Assembly (NCBI RefSeq): GCF_001194135.2
Contig: NC_068990.1
Location: 76,197,763 to 76,261,762, forward strand
DNA from: Octopus bimaculoides
Taxonomy: Eukaryota
Length of the DNA: 64,000 bases
Reading direction: 5' to 3'
The position numbers were made by a program, and so were the translations under genes. A model generated the notes under the pieces. It was not told the DNA's origin. It searched no databases and was given only the letters and a program-made list of their open reading frames with translations. Position 1 is the first letter of the stretch; the number at the start of each line of letters is the position of its first letter. Shown here piece by piece: positions 50,288 through 63,029 of the stretch.

Positions 50288-50427
50288 ACAAATTTTCTAT
50301 AGAATTTAGAGCCAGCTCTGAAAGTTACGAGGTTTAGTATACGGATACGTTTATATATACAATGCGATTGAAAGTAGACGTCTGACGTAACTTTAAGCGC
50401 TGACTCTAAATTCTATAGAAAATCTGT
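50288..50427. repeat. 140-bp inverted-repeat element with ~42-bp arms
   Basis: acaaattttctatagaatttagagccagctctgaaagttacg / cgtaactttaagcgctgactctaaattctatagaaaatctgt; second partial copy at 16268. Confidence 0.8.
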
Positions 50428-50640
50428 GGCTGTGTGGGAAGTAGCTTGCTTACCAACCACATGGTTCCGGGTTCAGTCCCACTGCGTGGCACCTTGGGCA
50501 AGTGTCTTCTACTATAGCCTCGGGCCGACCAAATCTCTGTGAGTGGATTTTGGTACACGGTAATATATGTGTGTGTGTGTGTTTGTGTATTTGTGTTCGA
50601 CAACCGATGCTCGTGTGTTTACGTCCCCTTTACTTCTTGA
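50426..50640 (+). mobile_element. SINE A copy (5' and central parts)
   Basis: gtggctgtgtgggaagtagcttgcttaccaaccacatggttccgggttcagtcccactgcgtggcaccttgggcaag. Confidence 0.9.
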
Positions 50641-51369
50641 AAAATTACGGAAGTGTTTACGTCCCCTTTGCTTCATGCATAAAAAAAACGAAATATAACA
50701 TGTATAGAGTAAAGGAAGAAATGTAAATTAACGCCTACTATTGATAAAAGAAAATGTGAAAGAAAGAAGTATAAATGTCCTTGACTTCTATAAATTTTAA
50801 AGCTAAATTAAACAGGATCTGTGGGACTATACAAGAACACGCTCGCACACACACACACTTACACACACAAGAACAAGCACGCACAAACACAAACTCACAC
50901 ACACAAGAACAAGCACACACACACACACACAGACAGATGCACACCCATTAGCTGCCACACCATCAGAAGAAATACGGTACATATATATAAGATATTACAA
51001 GCGTTGCCTTAAAAAGTACAAAACTAGAATTGAAAAATACACAGGCTCAGAATGATTGCAAAATTTCAAAATAAACCTTAAAATGTATGGGACCAGCATC
51101 GTTGCTCAAAAATATTGGATTCATTATATGTACTACATTCTGTGGCATCTTCTTATCACAAGAAATTTGTTTCGTTCATCGAAATTAAGTCGTATTAAAA
51201 ATTAATTAAGTTAAATTATCGTATACTCACTTTTAACAAAACAACTGTGTACAAATACTAATGAAATCTTTACGCAATAATTCAATCTGTGAATGATAGT
51301 TTTTTTGAATTTACAAGTAATCAACCAAAACTAATTTAGTAATAATGTGTTTAATTCTCGTAACTATTG

Positions 51370-51590
51370 TGTGTAGAAGCCCGTTATATATATGTGTGTG
51401 TGTTTGTATGTTTGTCCTTGTCCTCCACCACTACTTGACAAACAGTTTCGGTTTTTGTGTAGCCTCGTACCTTACCGGTTCGGCCCAAGTGACCGAACAA
51501 AAAGTACCTGGCTTAAAATTAACTACTGGGATCGATTTTTTTTTTCGAGTAAAAACCCTTGGGTGCAATCTAATAAACGAAACAAGTAAA
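51370..51590 (+). mobile_element. SINE A 3' half, degenerate
   Basis: gaagcccgttatatat(gt)n...cggttcggcc...aagtacctggctt..actggg.tcgatt. Confidence 0.65.
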
Positions 51591-51790
51591 AAGGTTGTTT
51601 TTTTTTTCAAATAATAAATAGATAATATAAAAACTAATGAGTTTATTTTTTATAGCATATATTTTATCCCACCATGCTGAAATTTTACAGCAATATCTTA
51701 TTCAATTTTACAAACCTCTCAGTGAAGGACATATTTTCTTTTCGTTTCCCTCCACCTTTTTTACATTTACCACTCCAGGTTTAGTATTTA

Positions 51791-52636
51791 CGAGGTGTAT
51801 TCCAGATGCTTTGAGACTCTTTTTACGAGAGGCAGTTTTGATTGTCTTAGATTGTAATTTGAGTTTGTTCTCACTATGCATGTTATAAGCTGAACTGCCA
51901 ACTTTTATTATTCCAGACTGAAAAAGACGGTTATAACAGCACTTTGAACACACCCGACAAAGCACTGGTTGAAACAGCTGACTAGTTTGCAGAATGCAGT
52001 CGGGACATGAAGTCAATTTGGGAGCTCGATAAGGAATAAAGTTTTATCTTAAACTGGGCAGTAATGCTGCAGAAACTTGTGAAATGCTCTAAGCTACTAA
52101 TGAATGAACTTGTATGAGCCGAGCGACTATTTTTCGTTGGCACAAGAGGTCAAGCAAAGCAAATCCACCGGGGAAACTCATGGTAATCTGCTTTTTCGAC
52201 AGCAAGTGCATTGTCCACATTCACTTGGTTCTCTCTGGTCAGATGGTCAGCAATTATATTTTGAGGAGGTTTTGAAGGAGTTCAGGAAACGATTTCGTTT
52301 GCATAAGTCAAGAGCACCGGCACGAGGACAATGCTTCAGTCCACAATTCTATTCTAGTAAACAACCACTTGGCAGAGATAGACATCAACATTGTCCCTCA
52401 CCTTCTCTACAGTTCAGACCTTGCTCCCTGTGACTTTTGGTTGTTACACTGGCTAAAGAAGTTCAGGGGAAGTCATTTTGAAGATAAAGGAAGCCGTGAC
52501 AAATGTCCTAGAAGGCTTCCATAGAACCGTCACAAAGTGGCTGGCGCGCTGCAACAAGCCCATTTGAAGTCAGAGAATCATACTTTGAAGCAGATTACAA
52601 ATTCGAAAAGTTTCAAAACTTCCGTAATACACCTTG
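51791..52636 (+). mobile_element. Internally deleted DD34D mariner (846 bp) with 28-bp TIRs
   Basis: TA|CGAGGTGTATTCCAGATGCTTTGAGACT vs right-end reverse complement CAAGGTGTATTACGGAAGTTTTGAAACT; KLMVICFFD, HEDNASVH...HLLYSSDLAPCDFWL with 34 residues between the last two D. Confidence 0.88.
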
Positions 52637-52819
52637 TTAATTACATAAGTTTATGCAGTTTGCATCTATTGTGCTTCTCTTTCCTTAAGCGCGAAATTTA
52701 ACTCTAGCTCCTTCAAAATCATTCAATAACTTCTTAAAAAATCATCTGTAAATTTCATCTCTATCTTCATCTTTTATTTTTAGGGTTCTAGTAATTATTC
52801 TAATGTCTCTCTCCTTTTA

Positions 52820-53010
52820 CCAAATAGCTAAGTTGCTGGACACAAACACACAAAATGTTTCAGTTTCTGTCCACCAAATCCACTCAAAAGGATTTAGCTG
52901 ACCCGAAGCTACAGTAAAAGGAACTTGCCCAAGATGTCGCGCGCGGCGGGACTGAACCCGAAACCAGGTGACCGAAATGTAAACTTTTTTACCGCACAAC
53001 CATGACTATA
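52820..53010 (-). mobile_element. Degenerate SINE A copy
   Basis: tttcagtttctgtccaccaaatccactc...acttgcccaagatg...gggactgaacccgaaacca. Confidence 0.75.
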
Positions 53011-53387
53011 TTTTGTTTATATGTAATTAAATTGGTCTAACGACTTTATGACGTTTACTATATATGAAAATAACACTGCCTTCTTTTTATGGTAACTTTA
53101 GAACATTAATTCACACCCATGTTGTCTCTTAATCATAATAATTTTCTTTTATATCCTTTTTTTCCTTCCTAAAAAAGAGCTAACTAGTTCTTCGGGAAGC
53201 TCACAGAGCTGAGCCAAAGGTTTCGATGTCAGTACAAATTTAATGATCTACCTGAACACACTCTCTCTGTCTTTCTCTCCCGACTTCTCTCTCCCTCTCT
53301 CGTTCCCTCCCTCTCTTGCTTTCTCTATATCTCTCTTTTTTTTCTTTCTGTCCCTTTTCTCTTTCTCCATTCTCTCTCTCTCTCTCT

Positions 53388-53424
<37 letters not shown>

Positions 53425-53528
53425 ATATATATATATGTATGTATGTATATACACACACACATATATATATATATATATGTGTGTGTATGTATAAGTGTAT
53501 ATATATATATATATGTGTGTATGTATAA

Positions 53529-53639
<111 letters not shown>

Positions 53640-53723
53640 CATATATATATATATATACATATGTATATATATACATACACACACATGTATACGTATTTAC
53701 CTATACGCAAATAGTTTGTCAGT

Positions 53724-53754
<31 letters not shown>

Positions 53755-54199
53755 GCAGGAAGGCAGGCAGCCAGGTGGGCAGACAGCCAGACAAACAGAC
53801 AGACAGACATATGCTCGTATGTACAAAATCATCTTTGTATTCCATGGACACTGATATCGCGTTTCCCGGTCATCAAGAGTCCAATACTCTATAATTATAT
53901 ATGTCTAACACATAATTACAGCGCTATATATCTGAAACCTATGAAGTTTGTGACTCTCTATATAGTTTTATAAATGTGTTTTTCATCGCTGCGCCGTAAC
54001 AATTGGCTTTTATTCTAATATTGATTGTTTACATAGGCACAATGTATTTCCAAATTTGTACCAATTGAATAGGCCCCCGTACATGTCTAGTACGTGATTT
54101 TCTCGACGACAAAGAAACGATCTAGGAAGTTATTTGGTTTCGCAATGAATCATTACGATACCAATGATTGAGGTATGTATATACGTATATATATATATG

Positions 54200-54297
<98 letters not shown>

Positions 54298-54309
54298 TAT
54301 GTATATCTC

Positions 54310-54835
54310 ACAGCATGGCTGCGTGGTAAGAAGCGTGTTTCCCAACAACATGGTTCCTGCTTCACTCCTTCTGCGTGGCACCTTGAATAAATGTCTTATA
54401 CTCTAGTCTCGAGTCGACCAAAGCCTTGTGAGTGGATTAGGTAGACGAAAAGTGAAAGAAGCATGACTCAGTGGCTAGAGCGTCGAGCTTACGATCCTGA
54501 GGTTGTGAATTCGATTCCCGGACCGGGCTGCGAATTGTGTTCTTGAGCAAGACACTTTATTTCACGTTGCTCCAGTTAACTCAGCTGTAGAAATGAGTTG
54601 CCAAACTCTATCGGCCTTTGCCTTTCCTTTGGATAACATCAGTGGTATGGAGAGGGGAGGCTGGTATGCATGGGTGACTGCTGGCCTTCCATAAAACAAC
54701 CTTGCCCGGACTTGTGCTTGGGAGGGCAACTTCCTAGGTGCAATCACATGGTCATTAATGATCGAAGGGGGTCTCCATATATATATATTTATGTTTGTGC
54801 GTGTCTTTGTATCTGTGTTTGTCCCCCCATCATCA
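54310..54835 (+). mobile_element. SINE A copy with a nested SINE C copy (about 54455-54778)
   Basis: SINE A head and CORE to ...gaaagaagc, then SINE C head gcatgactcagtggctagagc...gaattcgattcccgg...tgtgttcttgagcaagacactttatttcacg, then SINE A resumes (atatat..tgtctttgtatctgtgtttgtcccccc). Confidence 0.8.
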
Positions 54836-55800
54836 GTAATCAGGGATAAGTTTCATACAAAATTTAATATATTAAAGTTTTTAAGTTTTCTTGAGATGTT
54901 GGTTTGTCTATCCAGTTAAAGAATCCAGTAGTGTTTTTGCAATGAAAGTGATGTTTACATTTTCGAATATTCAAGGAGAACGGAAAGGATAGGTATTCAC
55001 AGAAGCTGTAGATATTAGATTTTTTTCTTAAACTGATCGTTTTGAGAGAGATTTAAAATATTCACGGGGAATTGTAGATATTCCAGTCTTTGAAAAGATA
55101 AGTTAACATTGTTGAATTTTTGACTTTCTGAAATTCTTTTTCTTTTGGAATTTTTCTTTTCTCTTTAAACGTTTTGCTGTGGTTTACAGTTTTTGCAGTT
55201 GTGCAGAATGTGTATATTGGCAGGTGCTTACCTCCTTAATTTTTTTTTGGGGGGGGGGGGGTCCAAGCATTTAACTGTGTTGTTACAATAAAAGGCATGT
55301 TTACATATTCGGGTAGTCAGGGAAAAAGGAAAGATAAAATGTTCACACAAAATTGGAGATATGAAAGTTTCTAAATTTTTTTTTTTTTTGTGGAGATGTT
55401 CGTTTGTATGTCCGTTCAGAGAAGACTGTAGTGTTTTTGCAATAAAAAGGATGTTTACATTTTTGAATACTTAGGGAGAGAGGAACGGAAAGAAAAGGAT
55501 AGTAAAATCTTTACAGAACATTGTAGATTTAAGGTTTTAAAATTTACTGGAGATGATTTTTTTGTCTGTCCGAACAGAGAAAACTGTAATGTTCTTGGAA
55601 TAAAGAGGATGTTTACATTTCCGAATACTCAGGGAGAAAGGAAAGGATAGGTATTCACAGAAGTTTTAGTTATTAAAGTTTTTTAAGTTGATCGTTTATG
55701 TGTTCGAAAACTGTAGGTACTATGTAAGTTTCTTAACTTATTTTGAGGGAAATTCAAAATAGTCACAGGAAATTGTAGATATTCCAGTCTTTGAGAGTTG
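54835..55800. repeat. Degenerate tandem repeat, unit about 150-170 bp (four recognisable copies)
   Basis: gtgtttttgcaat.aaa..gatgtttacattttcgaatactcagggagaaaggaaaggata at about 54930, 55280, 55430 and 55590. Confidence 0.75.
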
Positions 55801-55888
55801 TTTTTCAATTTTCTTGCTTGGTTGTATTAGTGTTTCTGTGTCTTCAGCTACTGGCAGGTTAGAGCAGCGAAGAACACGTCCAGCCCAA

Positions 55889-55957
<69 letters not shown>

Positions 55958-57035
55958 GAATCAAAAAATGAAGAGTGCCATTATTATCAAGTGAACGATA
56001 TTTCGACATCTCGTGTGTCTTCCACGTGTTCAAAAAATTAACTTGTCATTCTACTTCATTTTGGTAATATTTATCGGATTGATGTAATATTTCACAGAAT
56101 TAATGGTAAAACTATTGGGTTATTTCTGAAAACGTAGCCTCTGTTGTGCCTGTATGGAAAGATACTCGCTCATCTGCTACTCATTGAAAAGTGAAAGAAA
56201 TTGGAATACGATGATTTCTTAGTGCACTTTATATATAGACTTTAAATATTTTATGCATAATTTTATAGACTTAATACACAGAATTCATGAAATAAATATT
56301 CACAGTTATTTTTCCATTTTCCCTATAAAAAAATTATCTCGTGCATATGATATAACCTTTAGTTAAATTGTACATATCTGCCTTGTAAATAAGTGTGAAT
56401 ATTTCATAGAATTGCACCTATGCGCATGTGTTAAGTGATAGAGCACATAAAAAACTTTTCACTATCCAATCACCACCACACCTCCATCTCCACCACCTCC
56501 ACTATCATCATCTCTCTCTCTCCCTTCTCACTCTCCCTGCCTTTCATTGACCTCACCATCAGAACATCACACCTCTGCTAAAATTATATTTTTTAACTCT
56601 CCTCCTCTACCTTCAAATAAATTTTCACTTCATAGACGGTTCTCACTCCCTCTTTTTCTTTCTCACTGTTTCTGTCTCTCTCATCGCCCTATCCTCTTTA
56701 TCTCTCGTTTTTTTTTTCTTTCTCTTCTCTTTCGATTCAGCTAATCACGGGAAAGTGTTACAATTACTTTCCCACCACCTGGCGACATGGACGCTTCTGT
56801 CTCCCTCTTTTTCTCCCTCCCTTTTTTCTCCTTCCCTCTTTTCTTTCTCCCTCTTTCTCTCCAATCACGTGAAAGTGTTACCGACGGACTAAGTAACGCA
56901 ATGACAATCAGAATTATTATAAAATGATCATTATTATTTAGGCGACGAGCTGGGAGAATCGTTAGCAGGAAGGGCAAAATGTTTAACGAAATTTTTCCAG
57001 CTTTACACACACAAACAAACACAGATACACACACA

Positions 57036-57066
<31 letters not shown>

Positions 57067-57298
57067 GCGCGCGCACGCACATACACATTTACACACACAA
57101 ACACACACATATATANNNNNNNNNNNNNNNNNNNNNNNNNNNNNNNNNNNNNNNNNNNNNNNNNNNNNNNNNNNNNNNNNNNNNNNNNNNNNNNNNNNNN
57201 NNNNNNNNNNNNNNNNNNNNNNNNNNNNNNNNNNNNNNNNNNNNNNNNNNNNNATATATATATATATATACATATGCACACACACACATATATATATA

Positions 57299-58577
57299 CA
57301 GGGATTGGACAAAATAATGGAAACACTTTCAAATTTCAAACAAATTTATTTTAATACGGGGCACGACCGCCTTTGACGGTAATTGCAGCTTCAATTCTAC
57401 AAGGTATGGACTCGTACAAAGTTTGAATTGTTTCCAATGGAATTTTTGTCCATTCTTCAGCTAAAACAGTCTCCATTTCTTGTAGTGATGATGGTGGAGG
57501 ATATCGACTCCTTACTTGTTTTTCTAGAATGCACCATACATGTTCAATGATATTGAGATCTTGGGACTGTGGTGGCCAGATAAGATGTTCAACTTCACTA
57601 AAATGTTCCTCATGCCAATCAGTTACAATTTTAGCTGTGTGAATTGGTGCATTATCATCCTGAAAGATTGCGTTTTTCTCCGGAAACAGTTTCGCAATGA
57701 TAGGATGAATTTGATCAGATAAAATGTTTAAATAGTCTTGACTATTAATTCTGCCATGAAGGGAAACCATTAGGCCAGCGGATTTCCAAGATATATCCCC
57801 CCACTCATATCATCACAGATCCTCCTCCATGTTTTACAGTTGGAAGAAGGCAATCTGGGTCAAATGCTTCTTTTGGCTGTCTCCACACGTATACTTAGTC
57901 GGTGGTCGGAGATAAGGTATAGGATGACTCGTCCGAGAAAATAACATTTGTCCACTGCTCTAGGGACCAATTCTGTAGGTCTTAAATCCACTCTAAACGC
58001 TTTGCAACGTTTGTTTTTGAAAGTAGCGGTTTTCTGATTGCAGCCCTCCCGTGAAATCCGGTTTTGTGCAGCTCCCGGCAAACAGATTTTGTGGAAACTG
58101 GGTTCTCGTGCTGGTCATTAAGCTTTGCATTAATTTTGGGAGCTGTACTTTTCTGATCGTTTCTAACAATTCGCGTTAGAATTCGACGGTCCGTATCTGA
58201 AAGTTTTGGTTTTCTTCCGGAGTTTTGTTTCGACGAGGTTTTTCCCTCTTTCTCTCCCAAAGGCTGTCATTATTTTCGAGACAGTACTTCTTGATGCCCG
58301 AAACATTTCGACTGTTTTCGTTATGATAGCGCCTGTCATACGAGCACCAACAATGTGACCTCTTTAAATGTCCAATAGATCTATCATTTTAATGAATTTT
58401 AATTACCCTTTTCTGATGATATCTGAAAAGAAAAGAGAAGTTTAGCAAAATATATTTAGCAACACTAATAATAAATCAAGAAACATAAAAAATATGCAAG
58501 CTTTTGGTGGTTTTATAGATATTTCAAAATTATGATGCTATGATGCCAGATGCTTCCATTATTTTGTCCAACCACTG
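57299..58577 (-). mobile_element. Full-length (1279 bp) Tc1-like DD36E (Incomer-type) transposon, copy 2
   Basis: TIRs CAGGGATTGGACAAAATAATGGAAACAC / CAGTGGTTGGACAAAATAATGGAAGCAT; TA on left (57297-57298); right flank reads CA-TA. Confidence 0.92.
57351..58387 (-). pseudogene. DD36E transposase pseudogene (~345 codons; stops and frameshifts)
   Basis: HTH region GASRSTVSK..., FSDES (first D at 57931-57933), KHGGGSVM, QDDNAPIH...WPPQSQDLNIIE with 36 residues between the D of DNAPIH and E. Confidence 0.9.
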
Positions 58578-58899
58578 CATATACACACAAACTTATATAT
58601 ATATCATGTATATATATGTGCGCACGCGCGCGTGTGTGTATGTGAATGTATGCATGTATATATGGAATAAGCAGAACAAGAGGTGACACGTGGGATAGAT
58701 TCACAGAAGAAATCACAGAATGTGCGATGAAGGAAATTTGATAAAGAAAAAAATAATTTTAATAAAGCTGAAATGAAGATCAAATATAATGCATGTGTTT
58801 AATCGGCAAAATATGGCCGACCAGAATTATAACAACATATATATATATACATATATATATACATATATATATACATATATATATACATATATATATATA

Positions 58900-59010
58900 T
58901 ATATGAAGGGTTATAGTTGAAGACGCTTACGCAAGGAGCTACGCTATAGAACTGAGCTCGGCACCAGATGGTTGGAAAGCAACCGTCTTACCATAAAGCA
59001 CCGCCAGCGC
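58900..59010 (-). mobile_element. Degenerate SINE A head fragment
   Basis: ctatagttgaagacgcttacgcaagg...actgagctcggcaccagatggttggaaagcaa. Confidence 0.55.
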
Positions 59011-59846
59011 TTAAATACACAGAAGAAAATTGTGTTTGATTTTTATTAGTTAAATGCCTTTAATTCATAATTTATTCAAACACAAGGAATTTTATCTGAC
59101 TAACGATACCAACATCATACTTGGGAGTCCTTCTAGAACATTGATCAGACTTTTTTTTTTCTGTAGACTTGAGGACATAAACTAGATTAAGCTTAATAAA
59201 AATCAGTCTGGAAAGACATTATTGATGTTATGGGCGCTGTACCTTCCCTTGAGATAGAAAGAAAATAATGATATAGTAAAATAGAATAAGAATAAATACA
59301 AAATAAGATACTAAAATAAATATATAAATAACTAAAGAGAGCAATAATACCTGACAAAAAAATTGGTGTCTTCATTTTTCCGGGTCATTTTACAAAACGA
59401 AGAATATTTCGTTTCAAACATATTTACTTCGTCTTTATTATCTTAAAAGTATATTTTTAAATATTTGTTTGTCTGTTTGTGTATTTGGTTGATCGGTTGG
59501 TTCGTTGGCTGGATGGTTGGTGGGCTGGTTTTGTTGCAAGATATTTTGGTTTTTTATTGGTTTCGTACACAACTGGATAAAATTGACCATAATTGAAGAT
59601 AGTTGCTTGCAAGCTTAAATATTCTGACGTCCAGCTGTCAGAAATATTTCCAGCCGACATTTTGAATTTATATTTATATTTATATATACATATATATATC
59701 TTTTTTTTTTTTCTGCTTTATGAAATTTTGTTTATCGCAGTGTATCATATTTCTGAAGCCTATATTATAGAATATAATTATGTATGTATGTATGTATGTA
59801 TGTGTATGGACACACAAATGATTGTATCTGTATATGTATTGTATGC

Positions 59847-59967
<121 letters not shown>

Positions 59968-60202
59968 ATGTAGGCACGTACGTCTCTCTGAAATATATTT
60001 TATTTTTGTTCTTAATTTTACAGAATACAAGCCAGAAACCGAGTGGCAAGATTCTTTATTTGAGTCAAGACAACTCTTGTGACTTGTGGCTACCTGCATT
60101 GCTTGGAGTGTGTACAGTTATGTGTATAGCTCCTGGGAGAACACGAACGAACACGAGAGAACATGAGTGAGAATGTTTCATTACTCTTTGTGTATGCCTT
60201 CT

Positions 60203-60552
60203 ACCGCCTTTAGTCGATTAAATCGACCCCAGAACTTATTGTTTGTAAGCCTAGTCCTTATTCTATCGGTACCTTTTCCCGAACCGCTAAGTTACGGGGA
60301 CGTAAACACACCAACATCGGTTGTCCAGTGATGGTGAGGGGATAAACACGGACACACAAACACACACACACATATATATATATATATACGACGGGCTTGT
60401 TTCAGCTTGTGCCTACCAAATCCACTCACAAAGCCTTGGTCAGTTCGATGCTATAGTAGAAGACGCCTGCCCAAGGTGCCACACAGTGGGACTAAAACCG
60501 AAACCATGTGGTTGGTAAACAAGCTACTTACCACACTGCCACTCCTGCGCCT
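60203..60552 (-). mobile_element. SINE A copy
   Basis: accgcctttagtcgatt...gttacggggacgtaaacacacc...cccaaggtgccacacagtggg...ccactcctgcgcct. Confidence 0.9.
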
Positions 60553-60578
60553 AGCTACTTACATAAATAAATAAATAA

Positions 60579-60630
<52 letters not shown>

Positions 60631-60649
60631 GTAGTTTACATATATATAT

Positions 60650-60785
60650 GAATGTAGCTTGTACCCCCACCATCGCTTGACAACCGATGTTGGTGTGTTT
60701 ACGTCCGGTTCGGCAAAATATAACGATAGAATAAGCACTAGCCTTACAAAGAATAAGTCCTGGGGGTCGATTTGTTTGCCCCCGC
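60650..60785 (+). mobile_element. SINE A 3' half (inverted relative to 60203-60552)
   Basis: catcgcttgacaaccgatgttggtgtgtttacgtcc...aagaataagtcctgggggtcgatttg. Confidence 0.85.
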
Positions 60786-60918
60786 CCATATATAACACTC
60801 AATCGCGAGATTACCACGCAATAACTAGTACTTGGGTATGAATATTTGGGTACACTACCAGCAGTATATTGGATAGGTATTATCTCTTAGTTGGTTTCTC
60901 AACATCTAACGCCCACAG

Positions 60919-60969
<51 letters not shown>

Positions 60970-60971
<2 letters not shown>

Positions 60972-61425
60972 AAGTGGCCACTGAAAAACTGAAGGGTTTG
61001 AAAAAGTCATAACACGTCCGTTTTCAATGATTTTTATTTTCTTTATCTGTTCTTTGCATGTTATAGAGCATTCCTTGGAGATTAAAAGGCTACGTATGAT
61101 GTCCAGCAAGGAGTAAAACTCATTGAGTTATTCTATTCCAGTGAAATATCAATTATTCAAACTCAGAGAAAATACCGGCAACATTTCACTGTCAGAGTAT
61201 CTCCAAGCGCTAACATGATTCGAAACCTAACCGCCCAGTTTGAAAGAATTGGATCAGTCGGTGATCTTCGGGAAGAGGTCCTAAGCGCACTGTGCACACT
61301 GACGCAACAGTGGAAGCTGTACGGCAGAGTGTCCTTGACGGTTCATCAGCTTCTACTCGTTGTCGCTCTGTTTAACTAGGCATCACCAGAACATCACTAC
61401 AGAAGATTCTGAAACTTGATGCTTA
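60970..61425 (+). mobile_element. 5' fragment of a maT/DD37D-like transposon (DUF4817-type N-terminal HTH)
   Basis: TA|CAAAGTGGCCACTG after (TA)n; YDVQQGVKLIELFYSSEISIIQTQRKYRQHF...PSANMIRNLTAQFERIGSVGDL..GRGPKRTVHT..TVEAVRQSV...STRCRSV*LGITRTSLQKIL; catalytic domain absent so family not confirmed. Confidence 0.7.
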
Positions 61426-63029
61426 AAATATTCGGCAAAGCCGTCACGATATCTGAGTGGGAACGCATACTGAAAAGAACATTATGCCTTTTTAATTATT
61501 TGAAATGTAGGCGATTTTTACTATGTCGCCATCTAAAAGCTATCAATTTTAGTATGCAAGTGCAAAGGCTGCTATTGATTATTCGAAAGTCTAGAAATGA
61601 ATCTGAACCTCTCACTTTATGAAGTCATAGAAAGGGAGTATGCTATATTACCAGTCGTGTTGACTGGCGTCTACAGCATACTCTTTTCCGAAACGTATGT
61701 CAATAGGACTTTCAGTAGACGTACTTTGCTTTCTGCATCTCCATTACTTTTCCTTCACTCTATAGTTAGAGAGAACCTGAAGGCACACTAAGACTTTTGC
61801 AGTGCGATGTCTTTCGAAAATTATGCTTGTTGTGTAGCAGCTAGTTGAGTTAATTGAACACGTCGGCCAATGCAACAATAAACAGCAAATTGTTGAATGC
61901 TGAAATATTGCTATAAAGGGTAAACATACTAAAAGAAGAGAGAGAAAACTTCATTAATACAGATACATTGTCCTTACTGTAATTTGGCAACTTGATCGCA
62001 ACCAAAACGATGATATATTGGACATATTGATGAGATATTCTAGAACCCGTGATGAAATATTGATGGCATATTTGATTAACTTTATTGTTTTAAATCTAAA
62101 AACTGAAGTGTTCATTAAATGCTTTGGTCACACCTTTCTTTCAATTGAATCAAAAACATTTCTTCTTCAGAGTCCATCTGATCCACTCTTTAGATGCGTA
62201 GGTAGGCGAGTCCAAAATATTCCAAAGCAGAATAGATTAATCCCTAAAGTAGGTAGGAATACATCATTATTCAATGCATCCTTTCTTTGCTTTAAGATTG
62301 TAACATGGGATTTGAATGAGACTCGAGGACTATTTTTAGCAGATCGATCGACGAAGTATAAACTGTGTCGTTGTCTCTTTTGATTAATTAAATTTCTTGA
62401 AAGATTCTGCTGTTATTGTGTTTTGTCACTTTTTAATTTGAATTGGCGAGATTATTTACTTTGTTGTTGATCATACTAATTCAAATGGTATATTATTTGT
62501 AAAATAACGAGCAGATGGATGTAAACAAACAATCAAAATAATTATTGTTAATAGTGTTATAAAATTAAGACAAAAACATCTTAATTGATAATTATTTCCT
62601 TGGGGTTTTCTTGTTNNNNNNNNNNNNNNNNNNNNNNNNNNNNNNNNNNNNNNNNNNNNNNNNNNNNNNNNNNNNNNNNNNNNNNNNNNNNNNNNNNNNN
62701 NNNNNNNNNNNNNNNNNNNNNNNNNNNNNNNNNNNNNNNNNNNNNNNNNNNNNNNNNNNNNNNNNNNNNNNNNNNNNNNNNNNNNNNNNNNNNNNNNNNN
62801 NNNNNNNNNNNNNNNNNNNNNNNNNNNNNNNNNNNNNNNNNNNNNNNNNNNNNNNNNNNNNNNNNNNNNNNNNNNNNNNNNNNNNNNNNNNNNNNNNNNN
62901 NNNNNNNNNNNNNNNNNNNNNNNNNNNNNNNNNNNNNNNNNNNNNNNNNNNNNNNNNNNNNNNNNNNNNNNNNNNNNNNNNNNNNNNNNNNNNNNNNATA
63001 TATATATTTATATATATATTCATATATAT

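Noticed and set aside
62018-62383. 121-aa ORF in unique sequence
   Set aside because: TTG start, no recognisable domain; length is attainable by chance
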